Shown here in pieces: positions 1 through 9,833 of a DNA stretch of 64,000 nucleotides. The notes beneath the pieces are model-generated. The model searched no databases. It was not told where the DNA came from and saw nothing but the letters and a program-made list of their open reading frames with translations. Position 1 is the stretch's first letter. Each line of letters starts with the position of its first letter. The DNA is from Candidatus Poribacteria bacterium (GTDB taxonomy: Bacteria; Poribacteria; WGA-4E; PCPOR2b): positions 2,560,001 through 2,624,000 of the forward strand of contig OZ244042.1 of NCBI GenBank assembly GCA_965215015.1, in the 5' to 3' direction. Position numbers and translations under genes: made by a program.

Positions 1-1140
1 TTGGGAACGGAATCTGCCTTCGAGGTACTTGCCAAAGCCAAGGAATTAGAAGCGCAGGGTAGAGACATCGTCCATCTCGAAATTGGTCAGCCAGATTTCA
101 TAACCCCTGCGAATATTTGCGAGGCAGCCTTCAAGGCAATGAAGGATGGTCACACCGGATATGGACCATCTGCGGGTTTATTGGAGTTTCGTGAAGTTAT
201 CGCTGAGCATATTTCGGAGACGCGGGGTGTAGAGATTCATCCGGATGAAGTCACTGTTACACCCGGTGCCAAGCCTATCATTTTCTTTACCATTTTGGCA
301 CTTATCAATGAAGGAGATGAAGTTATCTATCCTAACCCCGGATTTCCGATTTATGAATCTGTCATTGATTTCATTGACGGGAAAGCAGTCCCTTTGCCAT
401 TACGTGAGGAGGTTGATTTTCGCTTCCGGATTGAAGATCTTGAGGCTTTCATCTCGGATCGGACGAAACTGTTGATTATCAACTCACCACAAAACCCGAC
501 AGGCGGCACGTTGGCAAAAAGTGATTTGGAAGCAATTGCCGAGCTAGCAATTAAGCACGATTTCTATGTGCTGACAGATGAGGTATATTCGCGAATCCTT
601 TATGAAGGTGTCCATGATAGTCTCATCAGTCTACCGGGTATGAAGGAGCGCACGATTCTGCTTGAGGGACATTCCAAGACCTATGCTATGACCGGCTGGC
701 GGTTGGGTTATGGGATAGCTCCCACAGAATTGGCGGATAAGATTACACAGTTGACTATAAATTCCAACTCGTGCACTGCAACTTTCACGCAATTTGCAGG
801 GATAGAGGCACTGAAGGGGCCGCAGGATTTTGTCCACGAAATGGTTACTGAGTTTAGAACACGACGTGACGCAATTGTTGACGGTCTCAATGCAATTGAG
901 GGTGTGAGTTGTATCAAACCCCTTGGTGCATTCTACGTGTTCCCGAATGTCTCACAGCTGCCCCTTTCCTGCCAAGACCTATCGGACTACCTGCTTGAAG
1001 ACGCAGGGGTTGCAGTCTTGCCGGGCACTGCTTTTGGTAAACTTGGCGATGGCTACTTGAGACTGTCGTATGCAAATTCGCTGGAGAATATTCAGGAAGC
1101 CCTAGCCCGGATGGATTCAGCAATTTCAAGGATTCGGTAG
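1..1140 (+). CDS. PLP-dependent aminotransferase class I/II (aspartate aminotransferase-like), probably 5'-truncated by the window edge
   Basis: IGQPDF, NSPQNPTG, DEVY and SKTYAMTGWRLGY (PLP lysine) motifs. Confidence 0.9.
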   Translation: MGTESAFEVLAKAKELEAQGRDIVHLEIGQPDFITPANICEAAFKAMKDGHTGYGPSAGLLEFREVIAEHISETRGVEIHPDEVTVTPGAKPIIFFTILALINEGDEVIYPNPGFPIYESVIDFIDGKAVPLPLREEVDFRFRIEDLEAFISDRTKLLIINSPQNPTGGTLAKSDLEAIAELAIKHDFYVLTDEVYSRILYEGVHDSLISLPGMKERTILLEGHSKTYAMTGWRLGYGIAPTELADKITQLTINSNSCTATFTQFAGIEALKGPQDFVHEMVTEFRTRRDAIVDGLNAIEGVSCIKPLGAFYVFPNVSQLPLSCQDLSDYLLEDAGVAVLPGTAFGKLGDGYLRLSYANSLENIQEALARMDSAISRIR

Positions 1141-1168
1141 TTGCTTTTAATTTTCGCAGGTAAACTTG

Positions 1169-2083
1169 ATGTCCAACAAAGCAACCGCTCGTGTTCCAGC
1201 GAGCACAACAAACCTAGGACCGGGCTTTGATGTCCTTGGGTTAGCCCTACAACTTTATAGCACTATCTCGCTTGAAGATATTGACGAGGGGACGGAAATT
1301 GAGGTCACCGGCGTTGATGTGGATAAGCTCTCCAACAACGAGAGCAATATTGCTTACCGAGCCGCAAAATTGGTTTTCGACAAGTGTGGATATAAGCCGA
1401 CAGGTTTGCGATTGGTTCTAACAAATGGCATTCCCGCAATCCGGGGATTGGGAGGCAGTGGCACAGCAATACTCGGTGGATTGTTGACAGCCAATGCCTT
1501 ATGTGATGAACCGTTTTCTCGGTCTGAACTGCTCGATTTTGCCACAGAGTTTGAAGGGCATCCGGATAATGTTGCTGCATCACTGCTAGGTGGTTTGGTT
1601 ATATCTATGATGCGGGGTAACCACGTACATTCGATCCAATTGGATTGTGGTTCAGATCTGCGTGTTGTTGTGGCAATCCCCGACTTTTCGTTGTCCACCG
1701 AAGCAGCCCGTAGCGTTCTGCCCCAAACAGTTGATTTCGCTGATGCTATCCACAATGTGAGCCGTTCTTCGATGCTAGTGGCAGCAATTGCAACAGGCAA
1801 ATTAGACATGTTATCACTTGCCATGGCAGATCGACTCCATCAGCCGTATCGAACTTCTCTGATCCCCGGATTTGATGATGTGGCTGAATCCGCAATGCGT
1901 GCAGGAGCATTAAGTGTGGCTCTGAGTGGAGCGGGCCCCAGTGTTGCAGCTTACTGCACAACATCAACGGATGAGGTCGGTTCACAAATGAGTGAAGCGT
2001 TTGAGCGAAATCAGATTTCTTGCGACATCAAGGTGTTATCCATCGATTCCGCCGGCGCAACTGTGCAGATGAGCAAAATCTAA
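1169..2083 (+). CDS. thrB: Homoserine kinase
   Basis: VPASTTNLGPGFDVLG, GHMP loop IPAIRGLGGSG, EGHPDN, LSGAGP. Confidence 0.95.
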   Translation: MSNKATARVPASTTNLGPGFDVLGLALQLYSTISLEDIDEGTEIEVTGVDVDKLSNNESNIAYRAAKLVFDKCGYKPTGLRLVLTNGIPAIRGLGGSGTAILGGLLTANALCDEPFSRSELLDFATEFEGHPDNVAASLLGGLVISMMRGNHVHSIQLDCGSDLRVVVAIPDFSLSTEAARSVLPQTVDFADAIHNVSRSSMLVAAIATGKLDMLSLAMADRLHQPYRTSLIPGFDDVAESAMRAGALSVALSGAGPSVAAYCTTSTDEVGSQMSEAFERNQISCDIKVLSIDSAGATVQMSKI

Positions 2084-2200
2084 TCACCTGAAATCTGTTT
2101 TCTAGATTCTTAGCCAATCCGTTGATTCTTCCCTCCTACCTCTTATTTTCTGTTTCGTTCACTATTTACTGGGCATTGTAAAAAGTAACAGAGCGAGCAA

Positions 2201-3499
2201 ATGATGAATACAGACACCGCAAAAATCTACACAAAGGGCGGCAGAGGCGGAAACGGCTGCATCAGTTTTCGTCGAGAAAAGTTTGTGCAGCGCGGCGGGC
2301 CGAATGGTGGCGACGGTGGGCAAGGTGGAAGTGTCATTTTAGAAGTTACGGAGGGGATGAGCACCCTCATCGATTTCCGATACAATCCTCATCAAGTTGC
2401 GGAGAATGGTCAACACGGCATGGGGAAACTGATGCACGGGGCGGATGCAGCAGATAGAATCGTCAAAGTCCCAGCGGGTACGATTGTGCGGGTGCCAGAG
2501 ACGGAGGAGGTCATTGCCGACCTGAAGGAGATAGGGCAGCGTGCAGTTGTCGCACGGGGTGGAATTGGTGGCAAAGGAAATGCACGTTTCAAGAGCAGCA
2601 CGTTTCAGACCCCACGTGTCGCTGAGAAGGGAGAACCGGGGGAAGAACGTACTATCGCGCTAGAGGTCAAGCTGATTGCAGACGTTGGCTTGGTCGGCTA
2701 TCCAAATGGAGGTAAATCGACGCTGCTCGCACGGACCTCCGCCGCAAAGCCGAAGATTGCGGACTACCCCTTTACAACACTGACTCCCAACTTAGGCGTT
2801 GTCCGAGTGGATCCTGAACACAACTTTGTGCTTGCAGATATTCCCGGTCTCATTGAGGGCGCACATGAAGGGGCAGGGCTGGGGCACGACTTTCTGCGGC
2901 ATATCGAGCGGACGAAGATGCTCCTCCACGTCATCGATACTGCTTCCATCGATGGACGCGACCCAATCACCGATTACGAACAGATCAACACAGAGCTCGA
3001 ACGGTACAACCCCCGCTTAACTCGCCTGCCACAGTTAATTGTCCTTAATAAAATGGACCTGCCCGATGCACAGACTAATTTGCAGCGCGTCAAAGATTAC
3101 TTCGGGAAACGGCGTGTCTTTCCGATCTCTGCGGTCACTGGTGAGGGAGTAGACCGGCTGATTAGAGCAACCTACCAACTTCTGCAGCGGATAAATGAAC
3201 GAATCCGTGAGAGACAAGAAGCCGTGGAGCCTCAACCAACCTTCCACATCCCCAAACCTAATGAACGATTTGAACTTATTGCGCGGAAAGATCGTTTTAT
3301 CGTGCGCGGCGAAGAACCGCGTCGCGCTGTTCTCATGACCGATATGGAAAATGATCAGGCATTGGTTCTCCTCCATCGGAAACTGAAAAAAATGGGCGTC
3401 CTGAATGCACTCATCAAAGCTGGTGTCACGGAAGGCGATACTGTTCAGGTTGATGCCTTCGAGTTTACGTTCAGTCCTGATGAAATCAACACACATTGA
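2201..3499 (+). CDS. obgE: GTPase Obg/CgtA with C-terminal OCT domain
   Basis: Gly-rich Obg fold (SFRREKF..GGPNGGDGG), G1 GYPNGGKST, YPFTT, DIPG, NKMD. Confidence 0.97.
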   Translation: MMNTDTAKIYTKGGRGGNGCISFRREKFVQRGGPNGGDGGQGGSVILEVTEGMSTLIDFRYNPHQVAENGQHGMGKLMHGADAADRIVKVPAGTIVRVPETEEVIADLKEIGQRAVVARGGIGGKGNARFKSSTFQTPRVAEKGEPGEERTIALEVKLIADVGLVGYPNGGKSTLLARTSAAKPKIADYPFTTLTPNLGVVRVDPEHNFVLADIPGLIEGAHEGAGLGHDFLRHIERTKMLLHVIDTASIDGRDPITDYEQINTELERYNPRLTRLPQLIVLNKMDLPDAQTNLQRVKDYFGKRRVFPISAVTGEGVDRLIRATYQLLQRINERIRERQEAVEPQPTFHIPKPNERFELIARKDRFIVRGEEPRRAVLMTDMENDQALVLLHRKLKKMGVLNALIKAGVTEGDTVQVDAFEFTFSPDEINTH

Positions 3500-4628
3500 A
3501 CCTCGCCAACTGTTAGCGCGTGCTCGACGAGTGGTTGTGAAGGTTGGCAGCACAACCGTTTCAGAGAACTTTGACCTGAATCACGAGCGTTTAGACGCAT
3601 TGGTGCAGGATCTCGCATCAGTAAAACAAACGGGCAAAGAGGTTATTCTCGTTACCTCTGGTGCAATCGCCGCAGGCACAGGCAAATTGGGGCTCACACA
3701 ACGCCCACAAACGCTCCCCGGATTGCAGGCGGCGGCGTCAGTTGGACAGACCCGCTTGATGCACGCTTACGAGCATCGATTTTCGCAATACAACCAGATT
3801 ACAGGGATGATGCTACTGACACAGGATGACTTCAATTTCCGCGAGCGCTATACACATATGAGCAATACGCTACGCGCTCTGATGCGGCTTGGCATCCTTC
3901 CGATTATCAACGAAAATGATACCGTCGCAGTTGAGGAAATCAAGGTCGGTGATAATGATACGTTGGCGGCTTATGTGACTAATCTTGCGGAGGCGGATTT
4001 ACTGATTATCTTATCAGATCAGGATGGGTTTTATACCGCAGACCCGCGCAAGGATCCGGAAGCAAAATTGATTAGTCTTGTCTATGATGTTACCGATGAA
4101 CTCAAACGGTCCGCGGGAAGTGCGGGCAGCCAGAGCGGCACCGGCGGCATGGCTACGAAATTACACGCTGCCGAAATTGTGACCGGATCGGGTGAGATGA
4201 TGGTGCTTGCGAATGGCACCGAACCCCAAGTCGTCAACAGAGTACTAGCGGGTGAAAAGATAGGGACGCTGTTTCTCCCGCAGGAGCGGATGTCAGGACG
4301 GAAACGCTGGATTGCCTATTCACGCCTACCGAAAGGTCGCCTATTTGTGGACAGTGGGGCGCGCCGTGCATTGGTCCATCACGGCAGAAGTCTCCTACCA
4401 TCTGGAATTCAACGGGTAGAAGGAAATTTTAGGCACGGAGACACCGTCTCCTGTCAAGACGAAGATGGAGTTGAACTCGCTAGGGGATTGGTCAATTATA
4501 ACACCCACGAATTGAAGCGGATTATGGGCAAACAGACCAGCGAAATTGAAAAGGTCCTCGGCTATTACTATTATAACGAAGTGATTCACCGGGATAATTT
4601 GGTTGTGATGCACAGGACAGAAACGTGA
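3480..4628 (+). CDS. proB: Glutamate 5-kinase with PUA domain
   Basis: VVKVGS, SGAIAAG, INENDTV, GDNDTL, GTGGMATK, IHRDNLV; start moved to ATG 3480, overlapping the obgE end. Confidence 0.95.
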   Translation: MKSTHIEPRQLLARARRVVVKVGSTTVSENFDLNHERLDALVQDLASVKQTGKEVILVTSGAIAAGTGKLGLTQRPQTLPGLQAAASVGQTRLMHAYEHRFSQYNQITGMMLLTQDDFNFRERYTHMSNTLRALMRLGILPIINENDTVAVEEIKVGDNDTLAAYVTNLAEADLLIILSDQDGFYTADPRKDPEAKLISLVYDVTDELKRSAGSAGSQSGTGGMATKLHAAEIVTGSGEMMVLANGTEPQVVNRVLAGEKIGTLFLPQERMSGRKRWIAYSRLPKGRLFVDSGARRALVHHGRSLLPSGIQRVEGNFRHGDTVSCQDEDGVELARGLVNYNTHELKRIMGKQTSEIEKVLGYYYYNEVIHRDNLVVMHRTET

Positions 4629-4780
4629 GAAGGGTATGGCACTCAATCCAAAATATCCGATAGTAACAAAGCCAGCCGTGATAGTGGAAGAAGAACAGCA
4701 CTAAAAAACGGGCTTCAAAGATTAAATCTCTGAAGCCCGCTGACAATTATAGTGTTTCGATTGGAATTTAGAAGATCGAT

Positions 4781-5248
4781 TTAATTCAATTTGTCGAGCT
4801 CACTCAGCACCTGATTCACCGCAAGGGTATTGTCTGGGGGTGCATCTTCGACATGCTTGAAAACGATATTGCCTGCCTCGTCAATGATGATAACGCCGCG
4901 GTTCGTGATACCGACCTCTTCAAGTGCCATTCCAAACTGCTTCGATACCTCAAGATTCATGTCAGCTAGGAGCGGGAACTTAACACCGCCAAGATGTTCG
5001 CTCCACGCTTTATGTGCAAACGCTGAATCACGATTTATCGCGATGATCTCAGCATTTTTCGCACGAATCTCATCAACCTTTTCATTAAAATCGGGAATCT
5101 GTACGGAGCATACCGGCGAGAAATCAAGGGGATAAAATATCACCACGAGATTCTTCCCTTTGAAGTTGTCCAAAGAAACCTCTGTATCCTCGGATCCGAG
5201 AGTGCCTGTGAGTGTAAAATCAGGTGCCGCACTTCCTACATCTGCCAT
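4781..5248 (-). CDS. Peroxiredoxin (AhpC/TSA family, AhpE-like 1-Cys)
   Basis: APDFTL, FYPLDFSPVC peroxidatic motif, FPLLAD; AGGAGG upstream of ATG 5248. Confidence 0.88.
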   Translation of the reverse strand: MADVGSAAPDFTLTGTLGSEDTEVSLDNFKGKNLVVIFYPLDFSPVCSVQIPDFNEKVDEIRAKNAEIIAINRDSAFAHKAWSEHLGGVKFPLLADMNLEVSKQFGMALEEVGITNRGVIIIDEAGNIVFKHVEDAPPDNTLAVNQVLSELDKLN

Positions 5249-5468
5249 TGAGTAGACCTCCTGTAAACATTTTGTCGTGATTCGATAGTTGGTACAGTTA
5301 TGTTTGCATCGCAAAGTCTATCACAAATTCAGAAAAGTGTCAAGCGGAGAGTAAGACTATGGATTACTGAATGCCCTAACCCCGATTGTTTTGCAGGTGA
5401 TGGGTAAATTCATTGCCTTCAAACGCTCTAAATTTCCGCAAAGGCGACAAGAAAAGGTAGGCTCAAAG

Positions 5469-6500
5469 ATGGAACACAACTTCAACATTAAGCTTCTGTT
5501 GCTGCTCCTCCTGTTGTGTGTATGGAATCCATTTGGCGCGCCACCGACACATGCCAATCCGAAGGGAGCTATCGCGTTTCTCTCAAATCGAAACAATCCT
5601 GATGAGCCACGGTTGTATACAACCATTTATCTAATCAACGCTAATGGCATGGACGAACGGCTGTGGCTTGAAAATCCTGAAGGTTTTTCCGGTATGACGT
5701 GGTCCCCTGATGGCAAATCGGTTGCCTTGGCTCAGTATGATGCCGATGAGGGCAGTCACATTTTTGTGAGGAATCTTCGTACTAGGCAGCAAAAGAATAT
5801 CACTGCCCAATGGGTGGGATGGCGACGGAGTTTTGGAGGCCCGTCCTGGTCCCCTGATGGCAAGTGGTTAGCTGTGACATGTTCTAAATTGGATGTGGGA
5901 GATGACGATGTGTGTCGCATGACCGCCGATGGAGACCAGTTGCAAATTCTGATGCGGGAGGCGCGGGGAATCTTTAGCTCTTCTCCCTCCTGGTCCCCCC
6001 ACGGTGATAAAATTGCATTTAACAGAGAAGCCGAAATCTTTGTGATGGACCGTAACGGTAGAAACCGGGTTAGATTGTCCCAACAGGGAGACGTGAGCGA
6101 TTGGAGACCTGCTTGGTCCCCCGACGGGACAAAGATAGCGTTCGACTCCAATCGAGACGCACAACCACCCCTCCTAGGGATAGAAGATGATATCTACGTG
6201 ATGAATGCTGATGGTTCCAACGTTGTTCGATTGACCGATCATCCCTCGGCGGACCGTATGCCTGCATGGTCACCTGATGGAAGGTGGATTGCTTTCCAGT
6301 CTCTGCGAGATGGCACGATTCAAAATCGCAACTGGAATATTTACATCATGGATGCCAACGGAGAGAATGAGAGGCGACTGACGGATCATCCGGGACGGGA
6401 CGTTAGACCGACTTGGGTGATTCCCGACCGGTTCCTCCCTGTTGATACACGAGGCAACTGTGTCACATTTTGGGGACGGCTGAGATCAGAACGGCAATGA
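5469..6500 (+). CDS. Secreted TolB-like/PD40 beta-propeller protein
   Basis: Leu-rich signal peptide ending THA; repeated PxWSPDG..IAF units; tail LPVDTRGNCVTFWGRLR. Confidence 0.88.
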   Translation: MEHNFNIKLLLLLLLLCVWNPFGAPPTHANPKGAIAFLSNRNNPDEPRLYTTIYLINANGMDERLWLENPEGFSGMTWSPDGKSVALAQYDADEGSHIFVRNLRTRQQKNITAQWVGWRRSFGGPSWSPDGKWLAVTCSKLDVGDDDVCRMTADGDQLQILMREARGIFSSSPSWSPHGDKIAFNREAEIFVMDRNGRNRVRLSQQGDVSDWRPAWSPDGTKIAFDSNRDAQPPLLGIEDDIYVMNADGSNVVRLTDHPSADRMPAWSPDGRWIAFQSLRDGTIQNRNWNIYIMDANGENERRLTDHPGRDVRPTWVIPDRFLPVDTRGNCVTFWGRLRSERQ

Positions 6501-6559
6501 GGGATGAAACCGCGGTATTGATTAAAAGAAAAAGATAAGACGGATAAATTGCTTGCGGG

Positions 6560-6850
6560 TTATTTTTTTAATGCTGACCCCTTGTCTATAAACCACCGGT
6601 GCCACCGCTGCCACATCAATTTTCGCTTGAGATCTTTCACATGGATCCGATGCACAAACAACCGTTTTCCTTCCAACTCAAGCACAGGAATTAGTTCTTT
6701 ATATTTTGTGAACAGCCCCAAGTTCGTCGTGATGTCAATTTCTTCAATCTGGATTGGAAATTGCGCTGCAAGCAATTCAAGTGATTCCTTCGCTTCATCA
6801 CAAAGGGGACAATCGGCTTTCGTGTAAAGTTGGAGTTTGATTGTATCCAT
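6560..6850 (-). CDS. Glutaredoxin-like protein (DUF836 type)
   Basis: LYTKADCPLCDEAK CxxC, EEIDI, IPVL. Confidence 0.85.
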   Translation of the reverse strand: MDTIKLQLYTKADCPLCDEAKESLELLAAQFPIQIEEIDITTNLGLFTKYKELIPVLELEGKRLFVHRIHVKDLKRKLMWQRWHRWFIDKGSALKK

Positions 6851-6980
6851 TAACTGGGTCCTTCAAGTCATGGCTGTGTACGGGACTCATCGAGTGATGG
6901 GCAGATAGACAACAATCATAAACATCTCTATTTTCGCAGAAATATGTATCACCGTCAAACCTTTTTAGCGTCATTCTGGC

Positions 6981-7009
6981 TTGACATGGGGGATGCTATG
7001 CAGTATAAT
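6981..7009 (+). promoter_or_regulatory. Sigma70-type promoter for argF-thrC
   Basis: TTGACA-17 bp-TATAAT, perfect consensus, 30 bp before ATG 7040. Confidence 0.8.
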
Positions 7010-7039
7010 CATGGCTTTCAAACCTTTGGGGGACCTATC

Positions 7040-7954
7040 ATGAATCTCGTTTCACTGAAAAACTGGTCTATAGAGGATATCATTGAGGTTGTTGAAGGCA
7101 GCATCGCAATCAAAAACAATCCAGAACAGTATGCGAATGCTACGAGCCAGCGCAGTCTTGCCATGCTTTTCCAGAAGACCTCAACCCGAACTCGCTGTGC
7201 TGGGGAAGTCGGTATGACCCAATTGGGTGGTCACGCAGTTTATCTGGATTGGCGCACCACCAACTTCGCGCTCGCGGATCTACGCGATGAAATCCGTGTG
7301 CTATCGGCTTATTCAGATGTAATCCTCGCACGTTTCCTCAAACATGCAGATGTTGTGCAGGCAGCCGAGAGCGCGACGGTCCCGCTCATCAATGGGTGCT
7401 GCGACCGTTATCACCCAACGCAAGCACTCGGCGACTTAATGACCATACAGGAAAAATTGGGGCGTATCGAAGGAGTCAAACTCACTTATATCGGTGTGCA
7501 CAATAACGTATGCAATTCGTTGATTACCGCCGGGCTAAAGACGGGTATGGAAATAACTGTCGTTGCGCCGGAGATTAATCCCGCAGCTGTCGATGAAGAG
7601 CTCTATGAAGCAGCACGTAAAGCGGGCACTTATAAAGCGTCGAATCAACTGCATCAAGTAATCGCAAACAGCGATGTTGTTTATACAGACACATGGGTCG
7701 ATATGGAGTTTTTCACAGATTCAGCGTTTAAGGAGGAGAAGGAGCGACGCATTGAAATGCTTTCGCCGTATCAGTTGAATGCGGAGTTACTCGCAGGGCA
7801 GGATGTTTTAGTTATGCACTGTCTGCCCGCTCACCGTGGTTATGAGGTTTCCGGTGAAATCGTTGAAGACCCGAGATCAATTATGTTCAACCAATCGGAG
7901 AATCGGCTTCATAGTATGAAGGGGTTAATCCTGAAACTGTTGGAAATACTATGA
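7040..7954 (+). CDS. argF: Ornithine carbamoyltransferase
   Basis: FQKTSTRTR, HPTQALGD, HCLPAHRG, QSENRLH; start placed downstream of the promoter. Confidence 0.85.
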   Translation: MNLVSLKNWSIEDIIEVVEGSIAIKNNPEQYANATSQRSLAMLFQKTSTRTRCAGEVGMTQLGGHAVYLDWRTTNFALADLRDEIRVLSAYSDVILARFLKHADVVQAAESATVPLINGCCDRYHPTQALGDLMTIQEKLGRIEGVKLTYIGVHNNVCNSLITAGLKTGMEITVVAPEINPAAVDEELYEAARKAGTYKASNQLHQVIANSDVVYTDTWVDMEFFTDSAFKEEKERRIEMLSPYQLNAELLAGQDVLVMHCLPAHRGYEVSGEIVEDPRSIMFNQSENRLHSMKGLILKLLEIL

Positions 7955-9102
7955 GTTATTTGACTCACCTCGAATGCAGCCGTTGCGCCCAAACCTACGA
8001 TCCCAACGTCCCGCAGAACTTGTGCACGCAGTGTGGGAAGCCGCTATTTCTACGTTATGCGTTGGACAAGATCGCTCAAACTTGGGATAAATCTTCCCTA
8101 TTATCGGGACGTGATCTATCAATGTGGCGGTATGCTGAACTCTTACCTGTGATTGATTCGCAGCACATTGTTTCCCTCAATGAGTCGATGACGCCGCTCC
8201 TGCGAACACAACAGCTCGCTGCTTTCTTAGGACTTGAGGCTTTATGGGTGAAAGATGAGTCCCGTCTGCCGACCGGGAGCTTTAAGGCGCGCGGGTTGGC
8301 AATGGCAGTTTCTAAAGCCAAAGAGCTTGGATTGAACAAACTTGCAATCCCGTCCGCCGGTAATGCGGCGACTGCACTCTCGTGTTACGCAGCTCAAGCG
8401 GGGATGGAGGCTCATATCTTCATGCCTCAAGATGCTCCTCCGTTTAATCGTAACTCCTGTCAACTGGCTGGTGCCAATGTTACCCTCATTGACGGATTGA
8501 TTACGGATGCGGGAAAAATCGTTGCCGAGCGCAAGGAAGATGAAGGGTGGTTTGACGTTTCAACGCTCAAAGAACCGTATCGCGTTGAAGGAAAAAAGAC
8601 AATGGGGCTTGAGATTGCGGAGCAGTTCGATTGGGAACTTCCTGATGTCATTATCTATCCGACGGGCGGGGGTACAGGGATTGTTGGCATGTGGAAGGTA
8701 TTTCAGGAGTTGGAAACTATCGGGTGGATTGATGAGAAACGTCCGCGTATGGTCTCCGTACAAGCAGCGGGTTGCGCTCCAATCGTTAAAGCGTGGCAGG
8801 AAGGGGCGACCGAAGCTGAACCCTGGACAAACGCACACACAACTGCGGCAGGGTTACGGGTGCCACAAGCTGTGGGTGATTTTCTGATACTTGATGCTAT
8901 CTACCAGAGCGGTGGGGCTGCAATCGCCGTCACTGACGATGAAATACAGGAGGCGATGGGGACTTTGGCGACACATGAGGGGATTTTGGCTTGCCCTGAG
9001 GGTGCGGCAACTGTTGCCGGACTCTGTAAACTGGTAGCAGCTGGAGAAATTCAACCCGGAAACAGGGTAGTATTATTCAACACAGGTGGGTATCAGGTGT
9101 AA
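7951..9102 (+). CDS. thrC: Threonine synthase
   Basis: N-terminal Cys pairs, PTGSFKARG, SAGNAA, EGKKTMG, YPTGGGTG, FNTG. Confidence 0.9.
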   Translation: MSYLTHLECSRCAQTYDPNVPQNLCTQCGKPLFLRYALDKIAQTWDKSSLLSGRDLSMWRYAELLPVIDSQHIVSLNESMTPLLRTQQLAAFLGLEALWVKDESRLPTGSFKARGLAMAVSKAKELGLNKLAIPSAGNAATALSCYAAQAGMEAHIFMPQDAPPFNRNSCQLAGANVTLIDGLITDAGKIVAERKEDEGWFDVSTLKEPYRVEGKKTMGLEIAEQFDWELPDVIIYPTGGGTGIVGMWKVFQELETIGWIDEKRPRMVSVQAAGCAPIVKAWQEGATEAEPWTNAHTTAAGLRVPQAVGDFLILDAIYQSGGAAIAVTDDEIQEAMGTLATHEGILACPEGAATVAGLCKLVAAGEIQPGNRVVLFNTGGYQV

Positions 9103-9173
9103 ATCCTCCCGTGCCTTTTTGAGAGTGTAAACTTGTAGATAGATTTACGGTGCAACAAGAACAGATTGCCAAC

Positions 9174-9320
9174 CTCATTCGCCCCAACGGTGCAGGAAAA
9201 ACGACACTTTTTAACTACGTCACAGGGCTGGAACGTCTAACCGAAGGAAGCGTCAAGTTTCAAAATTGAAGCATTGTTAGTCTGCGTCCGGATCGAAGAA
9301 CATTGCGTCACCTTTCCTGA
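9174..9320 (+). pseudogene. Remnant of an ABC transporter ATP-binding subunit (LivG-like)
   Basis: Hand translation LIRPNGAGKTTLFNYVTGLERLTEGSVKFQN*SIVSLRPD: Walker A context, internal stop, no start codon. Confidence 0.7.
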
Positions 9321-9381
9321 TGTTGGGTTTAAACGTTCAGCTGTGTAAGTCCTATCCTATAATCAAATTATTGTTCGTATT

Positions 9382-9550
9382 TTGACGTACTCCCACCCCT
9401 AAAGGATTGGGATTATTAGCAGCTTGAAGACGTACACCTAACAAGCGTCCCCTTCCTATAAGCGTCGAATGGTGGTATCAACGACCCTTGCGAAGAGATT
9501 TACAACCTTTGAAACTTTCTAATCTTATTCACTTTTGTCTTCCTCCATTG
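9382..9550 (-). mobile_element. IS200/IS605-like right-end remnant, non-autonomous
   Basis: TTGACGTACTCCCACCCCTA is identical to 34779-34798; subterminal imperfect hairpin; minus strand ends in GTCAA. Confidence 0.55.
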
Positions 9551-9833
9551 TTTAGCTACTACAATGACGCAATATGTGTCAATCATATCGCAAGAAAAGC
9601 GTGGTATTCTACACTGAAAATACCGCTTGATAGGTGTGGTTTTCGTATATTATCATTTCCGATAATTGTACCCGACATCATAACGCAAGTTGCTACCTAT
9701 TAGAAAAGCATCGGTTTTTCGTTAAAGTTGATGCGTTTTATCTTTCGCCTCAGCTGCTCTGAATCCCAATCTTATCGGGGAAGAGTGCAAGGTGTATGGA
9801 AATAGCTATTGCCTCGCCAGGGCTTTGCAGGTT

